Below are positions 61,617 to 64,000 of a DNA stretch of 64,000 bases, one piece after another (the first letter of the stretch is position 1; each line of letters opens with the position of its first letter). This DNA is from Rhodosorus marinus CCMP1338 (taxonomy: Eukaryota; Plantae; Rhodophyta), in NCBI GenBank assembly GCA_029953675.1, contig JAMWBK010000009.1:1550001-1614000 (forward strand), in the 5' to 3' direction. The notes under the pieces were generated by a model that had not been told where the DNA came from, made no database searches, and saw only the letters and a list, made by a program, of their open reading frames with translations. The translations under genes and the position numbers were made by a program.

Positions 61617-64000
61617 ATGAGCAACTGCTGCAATGAGGCCGCATTTGTGACTCCTGCGCTGGGTGTTGGCCGTATTCGAGGTTCATCTTTCCGCGGACTT
61701 TTGGAACAGACGAGGAGACCGCGCCGACGGGGCCAGGCGAAGCCCTTTCAGCGAGAATCTTGCGGTCGTGTGTCCTTGGTTTCGGTTAAACGGCGATCGG
61801 TTGTGATCGCATGCAATGCTACGCAACCCGATGTATCGGAAAAAGTTGATGAAAATAAGAAAGAAATCAACGTTGTTCTACCCTCGGTGCGTTGAGTGAC
61901 TGCGTTCAAAAGAAATGGACTCGCAAGCAACGCTAGTTTCGGGCTTAGCATAGAACGTTCTCTGTCTTTGATGGGTTGAACTTCGTTTTTCCTTAGCTCA
62001 CAGCTAGTACTTGTGTTGTGCTCTTCAGGTTGTCCCGGTCACTGTCGTGTCGGGAACTGATGACAACGCCAAGCGAGCTTTTATCGATCAACTTGTGACG
62101 AGCCTGCCCAGCTTACGGATCTGCAGAGTATCATTGTCTAGCAGCAACGTTGCCCGTCAGAATGGCGAAGAAACCGCAGTGGGAGAGAGCTCCGCGGGGA
62201 GCGATGGAGAGAACGGACCGGCGGCAGAGGGAGAAGTTGATGAAGTCGCAGAAGAGAACGGACATGCAGAACAAGAATCAGAGGTATGTCGTTGTTGCTT
62301 CTGAGATATCCACGGGCTCATGTTCTTCTGTCGCTAAGTCGTGATGGTTTCATAACAGGCGCGGGTTCCCAGTGACACCGTAGTCGATTCCTGGCATCTC
62401 TGCCAGTCATTACCAAGCGCGATGCAAGTATTAGAGACCGTGTCCCAATTGGACGGTTGTGATTATGTTATCCTTGAGACAGGTAGTGACGTGTCGGAAA
62501 TGAAGGAAATTGCGTCGAAGATTACGATCCTTCAGACAGCACGAGTGGATGCGTTTGTAACTGTTGTGAACGCCGAAAACTTTCTGGATGATCTGAACAT
62601 AAGCACAGAAGGGGACACGGTAAGTGCGCATGTTCCGTTTTCTGTAGCATACGTAGAGCTATGCAGAAAAGCTAAGAACCCTACTCGAGAAATAGTTTGC
62701 AAAGACGGAGTCGCGAAGGAATTGCTAGGCACTGTGCTTGTTTCGGCTTCCTTAATTGTTTACTCACTCCCGCATGGACGCTTTGCAGGTAAATGAGACT
62801 GGGGCTGGACAGAACTTGCAAAAGGCGACGAGCTTGGTGACGTACATCGAGAGTTCGAATATTATTATCCTTACTGCTCCAAACAAGACCGCGACGAACG
62901 AGTCCTTGACCCATGTTGAAGGACTGATTCGAAGCCTGAACTCTACCGTAAACATCGTCGAACTGGTGGAGGCGAGCATACTTGCTGATGAGATTGTGAA
63001 TACGAACATGTTCGACATGGCAGCTTTTGGCACAGCCGCTTCCTGGAAACGAGTACTCGCTGTGAGTAAGGGTGCGTTTGCTTGAAAATATATTAGCTAC
63101 ACCTCAGCTGGGCTGCTTGTACACGTGCTAAAAACTACGAGTTCTTCCGAATCTGTTTTTCACGCTCGGTAGAGGCTGAAGCGGAAGAGAAAACTGTGAG
63201 ACCTCTAACCAAGGACCTCAAGGACTGCACCTTTTTGTATCAAGGCAAGAGACCTTTCCATCCGCAAAGGTTTTACGATAACATAAAAGACATGAGGACA
63301 TTTGCTGGAGTCATCAGGTCAATAGGTGAGTTGCGAAGGAATTTCAGGGGAAGGATGTTCCCTCCTTACGGATCGAGTTCAGATGAGACCTTGCAGAAAT
63401 CGCTGAGTTGCTAAGTTTTTCTCGCATTGAACAGGGCAACTGTGGCTAGCCACGCGGATGAACTATCCTCTTGCATGGAATCAGGCCGGGGGGACGATAG
63501 CACTTAAGCAAGGCGAGCGATTCTGGGCCTCCGTCCCGGAAGAGAAGTGGCCAGGTGAGATTAGGGATCTTGTACTTGCGAGATGGGACGAAAGGTACGA
63601 ATGCTGCGTTGATACTTGCGCAACACCCATGCCCCGTGTGGGTTAGGCTATGACCTTGCTGATGGATAGAATGCTCTTGACGCACGAAGGTTTGGTGACA
63701 GGGAGACGGAGATTGTGTTCGTTGGGAGAAACATAGACAAGCAGAAGCTGCAAGGACTCCTGGATAGTTGCCTTCTCCAAGATGAAGAGATGGTGTTCGA
63801 AAAGGCCTGGGAAAGCTTTGACGATCCGTTTGTGAACTTCGTACCACCGGAGGATGATATTGTTCCGATCGACGAAGAGGAACCGGAAGAATTCGACCAC
63901 ACTGCCGACTCCGAGGAAGCGGCTAAAGAAGTCCCGCAAACTAGCGATGATCCTCGTCCTGAAGTTACGGAGTCCGATCCATCTATTCAGGCGAGAGCTG
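61617..64000 (+). CDS. CobW/COG0523 (ZNG1/YciC-like) family protein with degenerate GTPase domain and intact CobW_C, plastid-targeted; runs off the window end
   Basis: Transit peptide MSNCCNEAAFVTPA. Spliced exons give VPVTVVSG..., CDYVILETG, RVDAFVTVVNA, RPFHPQRF, GVIRSIGQLWLATR, WNQAGG, FGDRETEIVFVG, LDSCLL, DDPF. Confidence 0.87.

Noticed and set aside
16921-64000. chlH (CobN homologue) plus CobW-like gene as a chelatase-chaperone cluster
   Set aside because: 40 kb apart with many unrelated genes between them
1-64000. tRNA, rRNA, CRISPR array or prokaryotic operon/HGT island
   Set aside because: No cloverleaf A/B boxes, rRNA signatures or repeat-spacer arrays were seen; all recognisable host genes are intron-containing eukaryotic types

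Overview
Gene-dense eukaryotic nuclear DNA with short GT-AG introns (mostly about 50-150 nt). It is most likely a red alga: chlH is nuclear, and ChlH and the CobW-like protein carry 'AFV'-type transit peptides. This assignment is inference. I rebuilt about 18 recognisable spliced genes by hand: an FAD glycerol-3-phosphate dehydrogenase-like 3' end, PP2C, a MARVEL-like membrane protein, a monoacylglycerol-lipase-type hydrolase, PRP19, an SDP1/TGL-type patatin lipase, ChlH, a PPR-EngB GTPase fusion, COQ2, SDH1, RWDD1, a SAM-type mitochondrial carrier, SRP68, TAF4, TMEM170-like, GlnRS, RPS5, a bZIP factor, DHODH and a CobW-family protein. There are also several orphan minus-strand exon sets and a decayed Ty3/Gypsy fragment. 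I saw no rRNA, tRNA or CRISPR array. The most notable observations are: (1) a clean in-frame PPR + EngB/YihA GTPase fusion; (2) a plastid-targeted CobW/COG0523 protein that has lost its P-loop and CxCC metal site but keeps CobW_C; (3) a G3P-dehydrogenase homologue with substituted active-site motifs; (4) a perfect 18-bp intergenic hairpin; (5) twin 15-bp palindromes in the SDH1/RWDD1 divergent promoter. No database searches were run, so novelty is unverified. Exon boundaries were read by eye.
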